DNA of 64,000 bases from contig NC_133620.1 of NCBI RefSeq assembly GCF_048593235.1, positions 30,072,852 through 30,136,851 of the forward strand, given 5' to 3'. The notes under the pieces are model-generated. The model did not search any database and was not told where the DNA came from. It worked only from the letters and a program-made list of their open reading frames with translations. This DNA is from Sminthopsis crassicaudata (lineage: Eukaryota). The position numbers were made by a program, and so were the translations under genes. Positions 20,024-32,664 of this stretch are shown piece by piece (within the stretch, counting starts at the first letter, position 1; each line of letters begins with the position of its first letter).

Positions 20024-23000
20024 CTGTGGGGGAACGAGAGGCGTGAGTGGGAAGGGAGGGGGCCGCCATGGAGATTCCAGCCTCGCAGACGGAGCCGGGA
20101 GCCTGTGGGCCAAGAGCAGGAGCACGGATGGGCCTGGAGGGTGAGAGCCCTGGGAGGACAGGGCTGCAGGAGCGGGAGAGCACCAGCTTAACCAAGGGCG
20201 GGCTGCGGGTGAGCCCCGGGAGGGGGCGGCTGCCAGGGAAGAGCACGGGAATGGCGGGGAGTCCTCCGTGTGAGCGGGGATGTGGCAGAGGGAGGAGCAG
20301 AGGTGGGAATGGGGATGGTTCAGGGTCTGACTGGGGGTGAGCCAGCACTACAGGCGTGGGACCAGGGTGTGTTGATGATGGTCCAGTTTGAAAAGCCGGC
20401 TCTGGGCCAGTGCCACTGCGGACAAAGGGGCCCCGTGTCCATCCTGCCTCGGTGCCCGGGCTCGCCCCCGCCCTGCCTCCTCTGGGCCGGCCAGTCCTTC
20501 TGCTGCCGTGCGGCCCAGCCCCCTCCTCCCTCTGGCTCTCCTCGCCTGCCACTGCCTGGGGCGGGCTCTGTCTCTCCCACGCTAGCTCCCACTGCTGCTG
20601 CCTCGAGGAGCCGGGCACTGTCTCGCTCTCTCTATCTCGTCTGCTTCCTTGCTCAGCTTGGTCACTCTTTGCTAGAAGGAACCTAGGAAACGAAGACAGA
20701 GGGGTTAGGTGGCCTCCCTCGGCACCGCCCCGTCCTCTGCACTCAGGGCCTCCGGCCCCGTCACACGTGAGGACATTGCAGCGGGCGCCCTGCCAGGCTC
20801 CCCCAAGGCCGCAGTGGGAGCAGCCGTTGGTTACAGGCACACGTGGAAGCCCCGTGGGGCGGGGGAGAGACCGAGGACTCCCGGCTGCTCACGCCTGACC
20901 AGGGACAATGAGGAGGCGGGCTCCCGGGGAAATGAGCTCCGGGCTCGCCGGTCGCCCGCTCAAAGCACACGGAGCCACTGGGTGTGCGCCTCGTGGATCC
21001 ATCCTGTGGGGGACCCTCGGGGGCTTCAGGTCAGGAAAAAGACACGAGCGGGCCTGGTGGGATCCTCAGGAACAGGGCAGAGTCTGCTCTGCCATTCTGC
21101 GAGCCCTGTGGGCCTCAGGTGCCTCCTCTGTGAAATGGGCATAACACAGCCGAGGGCAGCTATAGCCCGGGCCCGAGTCAGGAAGATCTGAATTCAGTCA
21201 GCCTCAGACGCTGACTGTGCATCCTTGGGCATGGGGTCACGGCGAGGCAGGGCGGCCCTGCAGCTGTGGGAATGACCTTCTGCGTGGAGGGTCACCGGGA
21301 TCCTTCCTCTGCTCTGAACTTTTACCAGCGACTTGGATGAAGGTAACCAAATTTGTGGATTAAATTCAACAGTCTGACTCACTAAGCCTCCTACATGCCC
21401 CATGTTGTGCCCAGGGTGGTCCCAAGAGAAGGTCTTTCTTGTCCCTCTGCTCCTGCCCCGCCCCCCTCCATGCTGCAGCCTCCCTGCCCCCTCCACGTCT
21501 CCCTGCAGCCCTCCCCTCCAGCGGATTTCTCCTGGTTCTCCTCCCGCCCCTCTCAGTGCTCCTTCTGAGCCCTTTTGTTGGAGCCCCCAAAATGCTAATA
21601 AGCTTCTCCCTCCTGAGCCTTCTTTGAGGAGCCTTCAGGGAAATTCAGCTCCCCCCCCCACATCCCTAGCCAGACATCCTGGGTCCAGAGGAGGAGGAGG
21701 CCAGCTGCCTCCTTCTCACAGCCCCCACCCATCTTCCTCACCCTGCCCCCATCCTTGCTGCCCTCCCCCCGCTGCTCCAGCTCAGGACACCCTGACTCCC
21801 AGCCCGGCCTCCGGCTCTGCGGGATCTCGGCCCTTTCTGCTCCCAGCCACCCCAACACGGCATCTGGAAGGTTCTGCAGCCATTTCCCAGAACTCCCAAC
21901 CCCTCTGCCCTCCCACAGCTCCTTCTCCCCCCCCCCCAACCTCTTCTGCATGCTCAGCAAAGCCCCATCCGCTCCCTGGCTCTCCCAGACCTCCCAGGCC
22001 ATCCCTGAAGCACGAGGGCCGTCTGGGGTGGGACAGGTGAGCCTGGGAGCGGGAGGGCGCCCCCCATGGAGGTGGCCAGGCTGGGGCAGAGCCCTCCAGG
22101 CAGATGGCATGGCTGTTCCCGCTCCCGGTGATCCTGCTCTGGCCTTCTCTCCTCCCAGACCCCCCTCTAGGCTGCTCCCCTGCGGGCCACCTTTTCTCTC
22201 TGAACTGCCGCAGGCTCAGGCTCACACTTGGTCAAGACCCCTGGGCCTCCGTCAATGCCCACTATGTGCCAGGTTCTGCCAGGTGGGCATCCAGGTGCCA
22301 GGAACGAGAAGCCCTCTTCCCCCAAAGCCCCCATTCTAAGAGGAGCAGCAAGAAACCCAAATAATAACAGGGACAGCAGAAACTTATTTTGAATAAAGAC
22401 ATGCAAAGTAATTCAGGACCGGTTACTGGGGGGGGGTTCCTCTCTTTCTAAATCCCTATGTCCAGGAGCCTCTCCTCAGGTCTCGCCCTCCTGGCCCTCT
22501 CCGGGCCCCCCCTCCCCAGAGCCCACCTCAGCCCTCCTGCCTTCTCGCCCGCTGCTTTGCCGGCTCCTGGCTCCCATCGCCCTCCCTGACCTTGGAGGCC
22601 CCTGCCAGAAGGCTGTGGCCCAAACCCCTCAGGGATTTCACAGCCTCCTCTGGCTGGAAGGGTCGTTCTCCCCAGAGCCACCGGCCATGCGCCCAGCTCA
22701 GCCAGCACTTCCAGCCGGATGTCCCCTCAGAACGCACCCGTCTTCCCAGAAGCCCTTGCTGTCCACAGACTTCCCCGCTCGCCCTATGGGCCTCCTCCCC
22801 ATGCCGTCCCGCCCTTTGGGCTGCAGCTTAAAGTCCGGCCTGACAGGCTGGGACGGAGTACAGCCAAGGAGGCCGGAGAATCTCGGGGCCCTGCCGGCCT
22901 AACAAGAAAGGCTCTGTCTGGGAGGAGGGACAGGAGAACATGGGCCGGCACAGGCACTGCAGGAGGGCTGGAGGCAGCTGCGGGCGCCCCAAGGACAAGA

Positions 23001-23339
23001 AAGAAGACCCGGGCCCAGGGAGAAGCCGCGATGAAGCCGGGGCCTCAGGCGTCCACGGACAGGAGGCCGGAAGAGCCGGAGGCCAGGAGAGCCGGAGGCC
23101 GGGAGGCAGACATCCCCGGGCCTTGGTGGGATGAGATCTGTCCTTGAAGGGGGCTCGGGAGTCACACACAGGAATAAAAGAAACAGGAGAGGGAAAGAAG
23201 GGGTGGGACCGAGGGTCACTGACTGGGGGGAGCAGAGCGGGGAAGCGGACAATATGTCTTTGGGAAGTAGCCACAGGGCCCCAAGGGCCACAGCGCCCGT
23301 CAAGCCTGGAGACACAGACGCACGGCACCCGGCTGCCTG

Positions 23340-23460
23340 GGGTTCCTCAGCTGCGAAATGGGAGAGCAACAGCAGCTATTTCCCAGAATTGGGAGGCTCA
23401 AATCAGTTACCATTTGTAAAGCGTTTAGCAGTGTCTGGTGCACAGCAGGTGCCCCTGCGC
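23340..23460 (+). mobile_element. MIR core relic
   Basis: ttcctcagctgcgaaatgggag...tttgtaaagcgtttagca. Confidence 0.55.
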
Positions 23461-23699
23461 TCCAACGCACTGGGGCTTCACACCGCGCATCCACCTGGGG
23501 TCGATCCAGAGTACGTGAGAGCCAGAGAGCATTAACGACTGGGGTGACTGGGATCGGCTTGTGAAGGGGCCCCCGAGCCCGGCTTGGAACAGTGGAGGTG
23601 AAAAAGGAGGGCGCTCCAGGCAGGGGACCACCTTGCAAAGGCACAGCGAGGGGACACGGGGAAGAGCTTGCAGGCAGGCTGGCCTCGAGGGACAAGTGG

Positions 23700-24330
23700 G
23701 GCCGGGAGGGACTGGATTGCTCCCAATCATTTCATCCTTCTCCGGCGGAAGGACCAACGAGGGACAGTTCTGGGTCTGCTTTAGAAATGGAAATGAAGGA
23801 GAGAGAGAGCGCCATTGGGTCCAATGTGGGTCTGATTCTAAGAAGATAAGTGATGAGGGTAAATGAGCTTTCTGACATTTAGGCCCCAGAATTCAGTTTC
23901 CCAAGCACAAGGTGGTCAAGGCGCGGCTCGACAGAACTCTGAAAAGGATCTGGAGGGAGATGAGGGGTAGTGGACCAAAAGCTCAAGTGGAGTCAAGGGT
24001 ATAACATGGCAGCCCCCAAACTTGGGCCACGCTAGGCTGCCCTGAGAAGAGCCCCCTTGTGCCCCCTGGCACAAGGCCGTGGGGCGGGGATGAACCAGGT
24101 CAGTTCTGCCCCAATCAGGACACAGACAGAGGAGGATGAGAACATTATAAAGTTCCCTAAACACTTGGAGAGTGTCCAGAGGGGAGGTGCAGGCCTGTGC
24201 AAAGCCTGGAGCCCGGGCCATATTAGGCCAAGGCAGAAGAACGGGGGAGGGGTGGCCTGGAGACTGGAGGGGTGTGAGAGCTGTCTACAAGGGTGGGGAG
24301 GAGGGCGTGAGCAGAGCGGAGACCTCAGCC
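23700..24330 (+). mobile_element. L3/CR1 3' relic
   Basis: gaaaaggatctggaggg...gtagtggaccaaaagctcaagtggagtcaag and ttggagagtgtccagagg are CR1 ORF2 C-terminal hallmarks. Confidence 0.6.
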
Positions 24331-26129
24331 ACTGGGAAGGGCCAAGGGGGTCCCAGCCCTCCGGGGGGCACATGGCTGGCCCTTGGTCTGGAGGACAGTT
24401 TGGGGTGAGCTGCGTCTCAAGTCAGGGAATGAGGCCCTCAGTCCGTGGCACTTCCCTCACTGGGATTGTGGTTCTAAAGGCTCCGGTGCTTTCCATCTGC
24501 CCACTGACTTCCAGGGCCTGTTGGTCCTAAAACAGCCTTAGCCAGGCTTCTAGGGGGCGGAGCTCAGACTGGCAGGGACTAGGGGGCAAGGCTATGACTT
24601 CTCCCCTGCCTGGCAGGTGAACCTCACCTGGGCAGGCCTTCAGGACCGAGGAGCACCCTCTCTCACCCTGCCGCCCAGGTTCAGAGCCACACTCAGCCTT
24701 CAGACCCCCAGGACTCCCCTAGTCCCCCGGGGCCCCTGGTTGGGCAAAGCAGCTCCCAGACCTGGAGGCCCAGACCTGGGCTAGACCTGGGGCCCCGGGC
24801 AGGGCTTCCTGCTTGCTGAGTAGCTATTTAACAGACAGAAAGCCTCCCCCACGCCATCCCTCAATCCCTCCTCCCCAAGCAGTCTGCCTGTCGGGGGCTG
24901 AAGCTCCCAGGAGTAGGGGCAGGCTTGGGGCCTCCAAAGCAGCCCTCCTCACTCCGGCCTCCCCTGCGGGGATGGAGGGGGTCCGGGCTTCAGGCCTAAG
25001 TCTTTCAGCGGGACAAGTCAGCCAAGCAATAACACATTTTCTGTCCTGTGAGAATGGAATGAGGAATAATGGGTTCTGGGGGATGGGCTGGGGAGTACCA
25101 GGGCATCCTCTTCCTTCTCTGGTGGCTCACTGGCTGCTGGCAACGTCTCTGGGCAGAGTGATCGGGTCCTTAGCACCCCCCCCCCAGCTCTCCCCCATGT
25201 TAAGCTTCTATTTTCCTCCCGAGGATTTTCTCCACGTCTCCCTAGTCCTGCCCTGGGGTGCCCAGCAGGCCAAGTCTCTTCCCCCATAGGACAGTCCTCC
25301 CCATATCTGAAATCGGCTCTCATGCTTCCCTGAGTCTCCCTTCCTCTCCTTCCTTATCTCCTCCCCGGCTTTGCCCCTGGAACTTTGCCCCACTGTGGGT
25401 GAGCCCCCCTGGATCCTCCCTCACCAGCTTCTCAATGTCTCCCAAATCCTGCCCCAGAGAAATAAGCACAATGCTCCAGATGGGTTCTGAGGGCCGTCCC
25501 TCAGAGGATGATTCCCCCCCCCCATCAGACCTGGCAGCTCTGCCCAGGATCTCATGAGCCTCCCTGGTGCCACGATGAGATACCGCAGAGCCACCGCCCT
25601 GCTGCCAACCTCAGCCTGCTAGACAAGCGCGGGTTCTTGATGTATTGTTCCCGTCATGAGCTCTATTGGGGCTGTTCCCATGTGCTTGCTTCTGGCCTGC
25701 ATCTGCTTTTGGGAAATCAAGGCTCCTTGGGCTGCCATCAGGGTTTTTAGACAATGATTTTCATCAAGACTATTTTTCTTTGTATCTTCAGAATTTCATT
25801 CCCACACACTCCCCGAGGTCCCCAGGGCTGCCCTCGGCTGCTGCTTTAGTGTGTGGGTCGCAGCTCCCCTTCCTCTGACCCAGCCCGTATAATCTGCTCT
25901 CCCCAAATCCAAGGCATATCCAGACTAGCCCCGGCTTTCTTCTCCTGCCCTACCACAAATTCTGTGAAGAGAAACAAATCACACTAAACATTTCCTCCCA
26001 AGATTCCTATCACTGTAAGCTTCAGCAAAACATTCTTTCTTGCTGCTGAGACTCAGATATGGAAGGCAAGCGAGCAAGTGGGAGCCGCTCCGCTTTCAGC
26101 AGAGAAGAGGCTTGTCCCCCCATCTCCGC

Positions 26130-26660
26130 TCTGCCACAGTGCTGGGCCCACACTCCTCCCCCTTCTCCTTTAGGACCCTTTGCTCGGGCCCTCCTATTGT
26201 TTCACTCATTCTCATGTCTTACCCTCTCTCTCTATCCCAGCCTCCAGTCTCCCATGTCCAACTCACCAGACAGCTGAAAGTGGATGTCCCAAAGACATCT
26301 GAACTCAGCAGGCCCAAAGAGGAACTCCTGATTTTTTCCCCTGCTCTAACTTTCCCTATGATCCTCAAAGGTGCCATCATCCTCCAGTCCCTAGGCTCAA
26401 AACCAGAGGTCATCTCCAGCCCCTCTCTTTTGCCCTCCAGATCAAATCTAGTACCACCATTATTTCTAGCTTCATGACATCTCTCCAATGCTCCCTTCCC
26501 TCATCTGAGGCTGCCTTGACATTGGCAGGGTCTCATCATCTCATACGGGGACTACTGCTGGGGGCAGGGGTCTGCCTGCCTTAAGTGTTTCCCCACTCCA
26601 GGTCATCCCCCACTTAGCTGGCAAAGGGCAGGTCCAACATGTCCCCCCAGCTCCGCTCAA
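26130..26660 (+). mobile_element. L2 relic (GC-enriched)
   Basis: ggatgtcccaaagacatctgaactcagcaggcccaaagaggaactc; ccatcatcctccagtccctaggctcaaaacc. Confidence 0.7.
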
Positions 26661-26664
26661 TAAG

Positions 26665-27226
26665 CATCAGGGAAAGAGGGAAAGACCTACATGTACAAAA
26701 ATATTAAGAGCAGCTTTTTTGTGGCGGCAAAAAACTGGAAATTGGGTGGATGCCCATCAGGTGGGGAACAGCCGAATAAATTGAGGTCTACGTGCTATAA
26801 GAAATGAAGAAAAGGCATATTTCAGAAAAAATTGGAAGACTTCCATGAACTGATGCTGAGTGAAGTGAGCAGAACCAGGAGATCATTGTACACCGTTGTG
26901 CAATCATCAATTTCAATGGACTCTGCTCGTCTCAGCAAAACAATGATCCAAGACAGTTCCAAAAGACTCAGGATGGAAAATGCTGTCCACCTCCAGAGGC
27001 TTTGAAGGCAAACCAAAGCAGACCTTTTTCACTGTTTTGTTTTGTTTTTTCTTTCTCATGATTTTCCCCTTTTGTTCTGATTCTTTTTTCACAACATGAC
27101 TAACCTGTAAATGTTTAATATGATTACACATTGTATAACTTGTATCAGATTGCTTGCTGATTTGGAGAGGGAGAAAGGAAAGGAAGGAAGGAGGAAAAAA
27201 CGGAACTCAAAATCTTATAAATCTTT
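26665..27226 (+). mobile_element. L1 ORF2 end and 3' UTR
   Basis: agggaaagacctacatgtacaaaaatattaagagcagc...ggaactcaaaatcttataaa. Confidence 0.8.
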
Positions 27227-27240
27227 AAAAATACTTAGAA

Positions 27241-27380
27241 GAGGGAGCAGCTAGGTGGCGCAGTGGAGAGAGCACCAGCCTTGAATTCAGAAGGACCCGA
27301 GTTCAAATCTGCTCTCAGACACTTAACACTTCCTAGCTGTGTGACCCTGGGCAAGTCACTTAACCCCAGCCTCAGGAAAA
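27241..27380 (+). mobile_element. WSINE1-like SINE with target-site duplication
   Basis: Near-intact SINE flanked by AAAAATACTTAGAA (27227-27240) and AAAAATACTTAAAA (27381-27394). Confidence 0.92.
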
Positions 27381-27839
27381 AAAAATACTTAAAAGCGGAT
27401 GTAGATTTAGAAGGAAAGATAACAAGCTCAGCCTTGCCTATATTGAATTGGAGGTAGAGATAGAGGATCTCAGTGGAGACGTTCTCAGAAAAGAAGTCAA
27501 GATTAAAGAAATAGAAACTAGGGAAGTCTAGCATCTCTCAGATTGATCTATTACGACGCGTCTCCCTAAACTTGTCATTTACCTGATTTAGTCTTTCCTT
27601 AGAATGGATGAGTAGTGAAAACTAAGAATATATTTTTATGTGAAAAAAGATTTTTCTAGGGGTTTAATCAAGGATAGAGAGAAGTAATGACCTCAAAATT
27701 CCTTTCTGTGGCTTTTTTCTGTATGTTCACACAGTAATCAACAAAGAAATTTCTGAGAAAACAAATGTGTACGTACAGTTAGATGATACGTTTCTGGGAA
27801 TTTTGTTACAAGGATAAATAAAAAATAATGCTTAAAAAA

Positions 27840-29415
27840 AAGAAAGAAATGAGCAGGTGGATTTCAGAAAAACCTGGAAAGACTTCCATCAACTGCTTCT
27901 GAGTGAAGTGAGCAAAATCAGGGGAACATTGCACACAGTAACAGGATTAAGTGATGATCAGCTGTGATGAACCTAGTTCTCAGCAAGTCAGTGAGCTAAG
28001 ACGATTCTAATAGACTTGAGAAGGAAAATAGATACCCAGAAAAAGAACTATGGAGTCTGAAGGCAGACCAAAGCATACTATTTTCACTTTTTGTTGTTTG
28101 GCTTTCCCCTTTCATTCTGTTTCTTCTTTCACAACATAACTAACATGGAAAAATTTCCATAATTGCACAGATATAACCTATATCAGACTGTTTGCCATCT
28201 TGGAGAGGGGGGGATAGAAGGGACGGAAAGAAAAAAATTTTGGAACTCAAAATCTTATAAAAATGAATGTTGAATTTTTACATTCAAAGGTACTGATAAA
28301 GGCCTCATTTCTAAAATATATAGAGGACTCTAATTTGTAAGAAATCAAGCCATTCTTCAGTTGATAAATGGTCACAGGATATGAACAGACAATTTTCAGA
28401 TGATGAAATTGAAACTATCTCCACTCAAATGACAGGGTGTTCCAAATCACCATTGATCAGAAATACAAATTAAGACCACTCTGAGATACCACTACACACC
28501 TGTCAGATTGGCTAGAATGACAGGGAAAGGTAATATGGAATGTTGGAGGGGATGTGGGAAAACTGGGACACTGATACATTGTTGGTGGAATTGTGAAAGA
28601 TCCAGCCATTCTGGAGAATCAAACTGTGTATACCCTTTGATCCAGCAGTGTCTTTACTTACAATGCGATCTTAAAGGAGGGAAAAGGACCCTCATGTGCA
28701 AAATGTTTGTGGCAGCCGTCTTTGTAGTGGCCAGAAACTGGAAACTAAGTGGATGCCCATCAGTTGGAGAATGGCTGAATAAACTGTGGTATATGAATAT
28801 TATGGAATGTTATTGTTCTATAAGAAACAATTAGCAGGATGGTTTCAGAAAGGCCTGGAGAGACTTACAGGAACTGATGCTGAGGGAAGTGAATAGAATC
28901 AGGAGATCATTGTACACGGCAACAAGATTATGTGATGATCAACTCTGATGGATGTGGCTTTTTTTTTTTTTTTTTTTTAATTTAAACAATGAGGTAATTT
29001 ACTCCAATTCCAATGGTCTTGTGATGGAGAGAGCCATCTGCATCCAGAGAGAGGATTGTGGGAACTGATTGTAGATCACAACATATCATTTTCATGGTTT
29101 TTGGTTGTCGTTTGCTTGCATTTTTTTCTTTTAGATCCAATTTTTCTTGTGCAGCATGATATTTGTGGAAATATGAATAGAAGAATTGCACAGGCTTAAC
29201 ATATATTGGATTACTTGTTGTCTAGGCGAGAAGGTGGGGAGAGGAAAGAGAGAAAAAAATTGGAACACAAGGTTTTACAAGGGTGAATGTTGAAAACTAT
29301 TTAAAAAATAAAAAGCTATTATTTAAAATGAAAAAATAAACTATAATGTCAAAAAATGTTGAAAACTATCTTTACAAGTAATTAGAAAAAATAAAATACT
29401 GTTTGAAAAAAAGAA
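27840..29415 (+). mobile_element. Younger L1 3' fragment (~28275-29354) nested in an older L1 3' UTR
   Basis: The old 3' UTR breaks at aatgttgaa (28266-28274) and resumes at aatgttgaa (29355-29363). The insert encodes KMFVAAVFVVARNWKLSGCPSVGEWLNKLWY. Confidence 0.75.
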
Positions 29416-29479
29416 AAGCCCCAGAGGCTCCCATCACTCCCAAGATCAAACACAAAATCTTCTGCTCTCCCTAATGCGG

Positions 29480-29900
29480 CTTCTTCCTTTCTTTCTGGCC
29501 TTCTTACACCTTCTTCTCTGCTGTGTTCTATGACGCGGGGCTCCTTGCGGCTCCTTTGACTGCGGGCATTTTTTCTGGCTGCCCCTGTGTGCAGAATGCT
29601 CTGCCTCCTCGTCTCTGCTTCCTGCTCCCCCTGCAAGGCCACCTTCCACAGGAAGTGCTTCCTCCTCCAAGCCAGGCGCTCCTAAGCTTGTCTGGCCTTC
29701 ATGGCTTGCATGGGGCTCTCCCTAGGGGGTTGTCGGCTCGACACCAGAGCAGGACCTGCCTTCTGCCTCCTCTGTATCCCCAGTGCCCAGCACAGCGCCG
29801 GAATGCGACTGATTCATCTGTCTCCTCCTCCTGCCCGGTGGTGTTTAGTCTCCTCTGATGCCGACTGCTTCTATTTCCACTGACCGGTCCAGGCTACTCT
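29480..29900 (+). mobile_element. L2 3' tail relic
   Basis: gagcaggacctgccttctgcctcctctgtatccccagtgcccagcacag. Confidence 0.55.
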
Positions 29901-30199
29901 CTGCCTCTGGTCCCTGGTTCTCCTCCCATAAGTGCATTTCTTAAGTCCTCCCTCTCCAGGCATTAAAAGCCCATCCTGTTTCCTGTGCATAAAGTGCGTG
30001 CTCCAGGTTAATACTTCTCATCCCCTCAGTCTCAGGAACTACTGGGAAATCAAATCTGCCTCCTGGCCTCAAGATTTCCTGTTTGTCGCACTTTGGGCCT
30101 CGTACTTTGGGCCTCAGGATGCGGACACAACGGCCGGCTGTGGCTCCTTTCCCAGGGGTGAGCCCTTAAGTTTCTGGGCATCTCTGCTGCTGTGATTCA

Positions 30200-30920
30200 C
30201 CTCGTTGCACCCTCGCTGCTCTCTGGGCTACGTCTGAGACGCCAGCGATCTTCTCCTTCCAGTGGAAGCCTTTTTCTTAGTGCGAGACCCCCAACAAAGC
30301 GTATTTTCAGTCCTTCAAGCTATTCTCCCTCCCTGGCCAGGAGGCCGTGGCTCCCAGAGACCCGAGTCCCATTGTAAGCCTCCAGCTCCTCACCGCTCCA
30401 TCCTGGCTGTCTCTTTGGAGCCCTTGCCCCCATCTCTCCTTCCTCTCAGCCAGACTCCCAGAAGAAGCTGGTCCCGCTCCCTGCCTCTCGCACGCAGCCT
30501 CAGACCCATCCTCGGAGACACTGCCCCCTCCAGAGTCATCGGCCATCCCCTAACTGCTGGATCTGATGAACGTTTCCCCCTCCTGATCCCTCCCTGGACT
30601 TTGTGACGCGGCTCCCCTGACATCCCTAGCCTGAGACTTCTCCTCCCTCCCATCTGCTCCCATGGGTGCTGATCCTTGAGGACTCCATCCTGTCTCCCCA
30701 GTCTAGGGCTGACCCTTCCTGACCCCCAGGAAGTCCACATCACAAACCATCTAGCGGACATCTCCACCTGATAGCCTGGGCATCCCAACCAAGGCCTCGA
30801 CCCTTGCCGCTGCCCTCTCCACACTATGCACGCACACACACACACCTCCCTGCCCACCCCCACCTGGATGCCGCAGTAGCTCCCTAACTGGCCTCCCAGC
30901 CTCCAGCTTCTCCCAGCCTC
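30200..30920 (+). mobile_element. L2 relic (GC-enriched)
   Basis: cctcctgatccctccctggactttgtgacgcggctcc and cacaaaccatctagcggacatctccacctga resemble the L2 body. Confidence 0.45.
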
Positions 30921-31934
30921 CCTCTGCACAACTGGTCCTTTCCTTCCTAAAGTTCAGGCCTGACCCCCGCCTGATCGGGGAGCTCCAGGGGCTTCCTGGG
31001 CCAGACTCCTCTGGCTGAGAGTAAAGCCTCCGGCCGCCTGACTCCAGGCACATTAGGCTCCTCTGTGCACTCTGTGGCACCCTGGGCAGTGCAGCGGGTA
31101 CAGTGCCAGTCCTGGAGTCCTCAGACACTGACTGGCCAGAGAGCCCGGGCCCTTGCCCCTGACTGTGAGCAACAATAATCTAAGCCCGAATGTGCAGGTC
31201 GCTGGGAGGCCCAGGGCCTGGCACAGAGGCTTGGGGGGGCTGCTGGTTGCCAGGACTCTGCTCCTCCGGCTTCCTTCCAGTTGGGAGGGAGAGAAAGCTC
31301 CTCGGTCCCTTCTGTCAGTGTGAGTCATCCCTGTGGGTGGCAGGTGCTCGTGTGAGCATCTGGGGGAGCAGGGAGCAGCCTCTCTCTCTCGCCCACGAGA
31401 GTCCTGACAAGGCCGCTGCCCGCGGGCTCGCGCTGATTAGAACTGCGGTCACACGGGATGAGAAGCCTGGAGGGAGGTGAGGAGGAGGAGGGCTGGCAGC
31501 CCAGGAAGCAGCAGCCCCACCTTGGCAAGGGGCAGAGATGCCCACCTCGCCCCCCATGGTGACGTTTCCTGGGAAACTTAACTGACACAGAGCAGAGACA
31601 ATGTCCTGGAGGCTGGGCAGAGACCCAGGGCAGTGTGGGAACGGGAAGACGGCAGGGTGGGGGCCGGCCAGCCTCAGCCTCCCCGTCCCCAGCCACGCCT
31701 CCAGGATGACAAGCCCCATCAGAACAAGGCACAGCAATAGACAGAGGCAGGGACCCCCAGCCTGGGTGGGAGCAGGGCCAAGGTGAGGGGTCCCTAAGGG
31801 CATCACTGGGGCTTCTTCTCACCCTCCACCATCGCCCACAAGGAGGGAGGACGGGCCGCCCTCACGGGGCTGACCTCCACAGCAAAAGCTTGTGCAAGGC
31901 CAGGACGGCCCCCTGGGGAAGGTGGGGCCCACCG

Positions 31935-32100
31935 GCAAGAGCTGAGTTCAGATCCTATCTCAGACCCCTACAAGCTGGGAGACCCTCAGTCACCCCATCT
32001 GTAAAATGGGATAGCGCCTACTTTCCAAAGTCTTTGTGAGTATGAAACGGCCAAGAGCTCGCCAGCCACAGAGCCCTGTGATAAGTCACAGAGACCAGGC
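31935..32100 (+). mobile_element. MIR relic
   Basis: ctgagttcagatcctatctcagac...cccatctgtaaaatgggatag. Confidence 0.65.
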
Positions 32101-32306
32101 TCCCTCGCCGCACCCCCTTGGACAACTTGAGTTGCTCCTCTAACCCCTCCCTCGGGGCACCCTAACACCCGGGGCCGGCCGGCCTCCTGACGCAGGGAGG
32201 GCTCGGGGTCATTTCCCACAGCTCACACGGTCCCAGGCCTCCGACGTCCCGTGCATGAGCCCACCCCGGGCAGAGGGACCTCAGAGGGCACGAGGGCCAG
32301 GCTCAC

Positions 32307-32493
32307 CACTTTCTCCTTGTAGACGATGTACTTGAGCCACTTGAAGTCCTGCCACTTGAACCCGGCCAGGACAAAGAGAGAGTCCTTCTCGTACTCCTCC
32401 GGCCGCTGCATGGCCCCCTCGGGATACGTGATGCGCAGGGTGGTCTTGCCCCCAACATCCTTCTCAAAGCCCTTCACGGGAGCCGAGTTCAGC
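32307..32493 (-). CDS. ST3GAL3: ST3GAL3 coding exon, 187 nt: LNSAPVKGFEKDVGGKTTLRITYPEGAMQRPEEYEKDSLFVLAGFKWQDFKWLKYIVYKEKV
   Basis: End of sialylmotif L plus the ST3GAL3-specific ITYPEGAMQRPE and GFKWQDFKWLKY segments. Acceptor ctcgccag, donor GTG|gtgagc. Confidence 0.98.
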
Positions 32494-32568
32494 CTGGCGA
32501 GGTGGAGAAGGACTTGGTCCCCGAGCCCGGCCGCCTGCGCCCCCCTTTGCCGCCGGGCCCCCGCTCAC

Positions 32569-32664
32569 CTCACCACAATGTCGTAGTCGTCGATCCGCGC
32601 GCCCAAGGACTTGTTGGCGAGGACGCCTCCATTCCCTACGATGATGCAGCGGCGGCAGCTGAGG
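32569..32664 (-). CDS. ST3GAL3: ST3GAL3 coding exon, 96 nt, start of sialylmotif L: LSCRRCIIVGNGGVLANKSLGARIDDYDIVV(R)
   Basis: Contains the GT29 sialylmotif L (C-x-x-VGNGG...IDDYDIVVR). Acceptor ccccag, donor AG|gtgagc. Confidence 0.98.

Noticed and set aside
19965-20840. 291-aa minus-strand ORF, the longest in the track
   Set aside because: Rich in G, P, R and S with no recognisable domain. It overlaps the true exon out of frame, and stop codons are rare at this GC content.
21402-22339. Overlapping 212-, 194- and 171-aa ORFs
   Set aside because: Open in several frames on both strands in C-rich low-complexity DNA, with no domain or splice support.
27540-27830. AT-rich segment with cttagaatggatgagta recalling a marsupial ERV internal region
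   Set aside because: The resemblance is a short remembered string; no boundaries or TSD can be defined.
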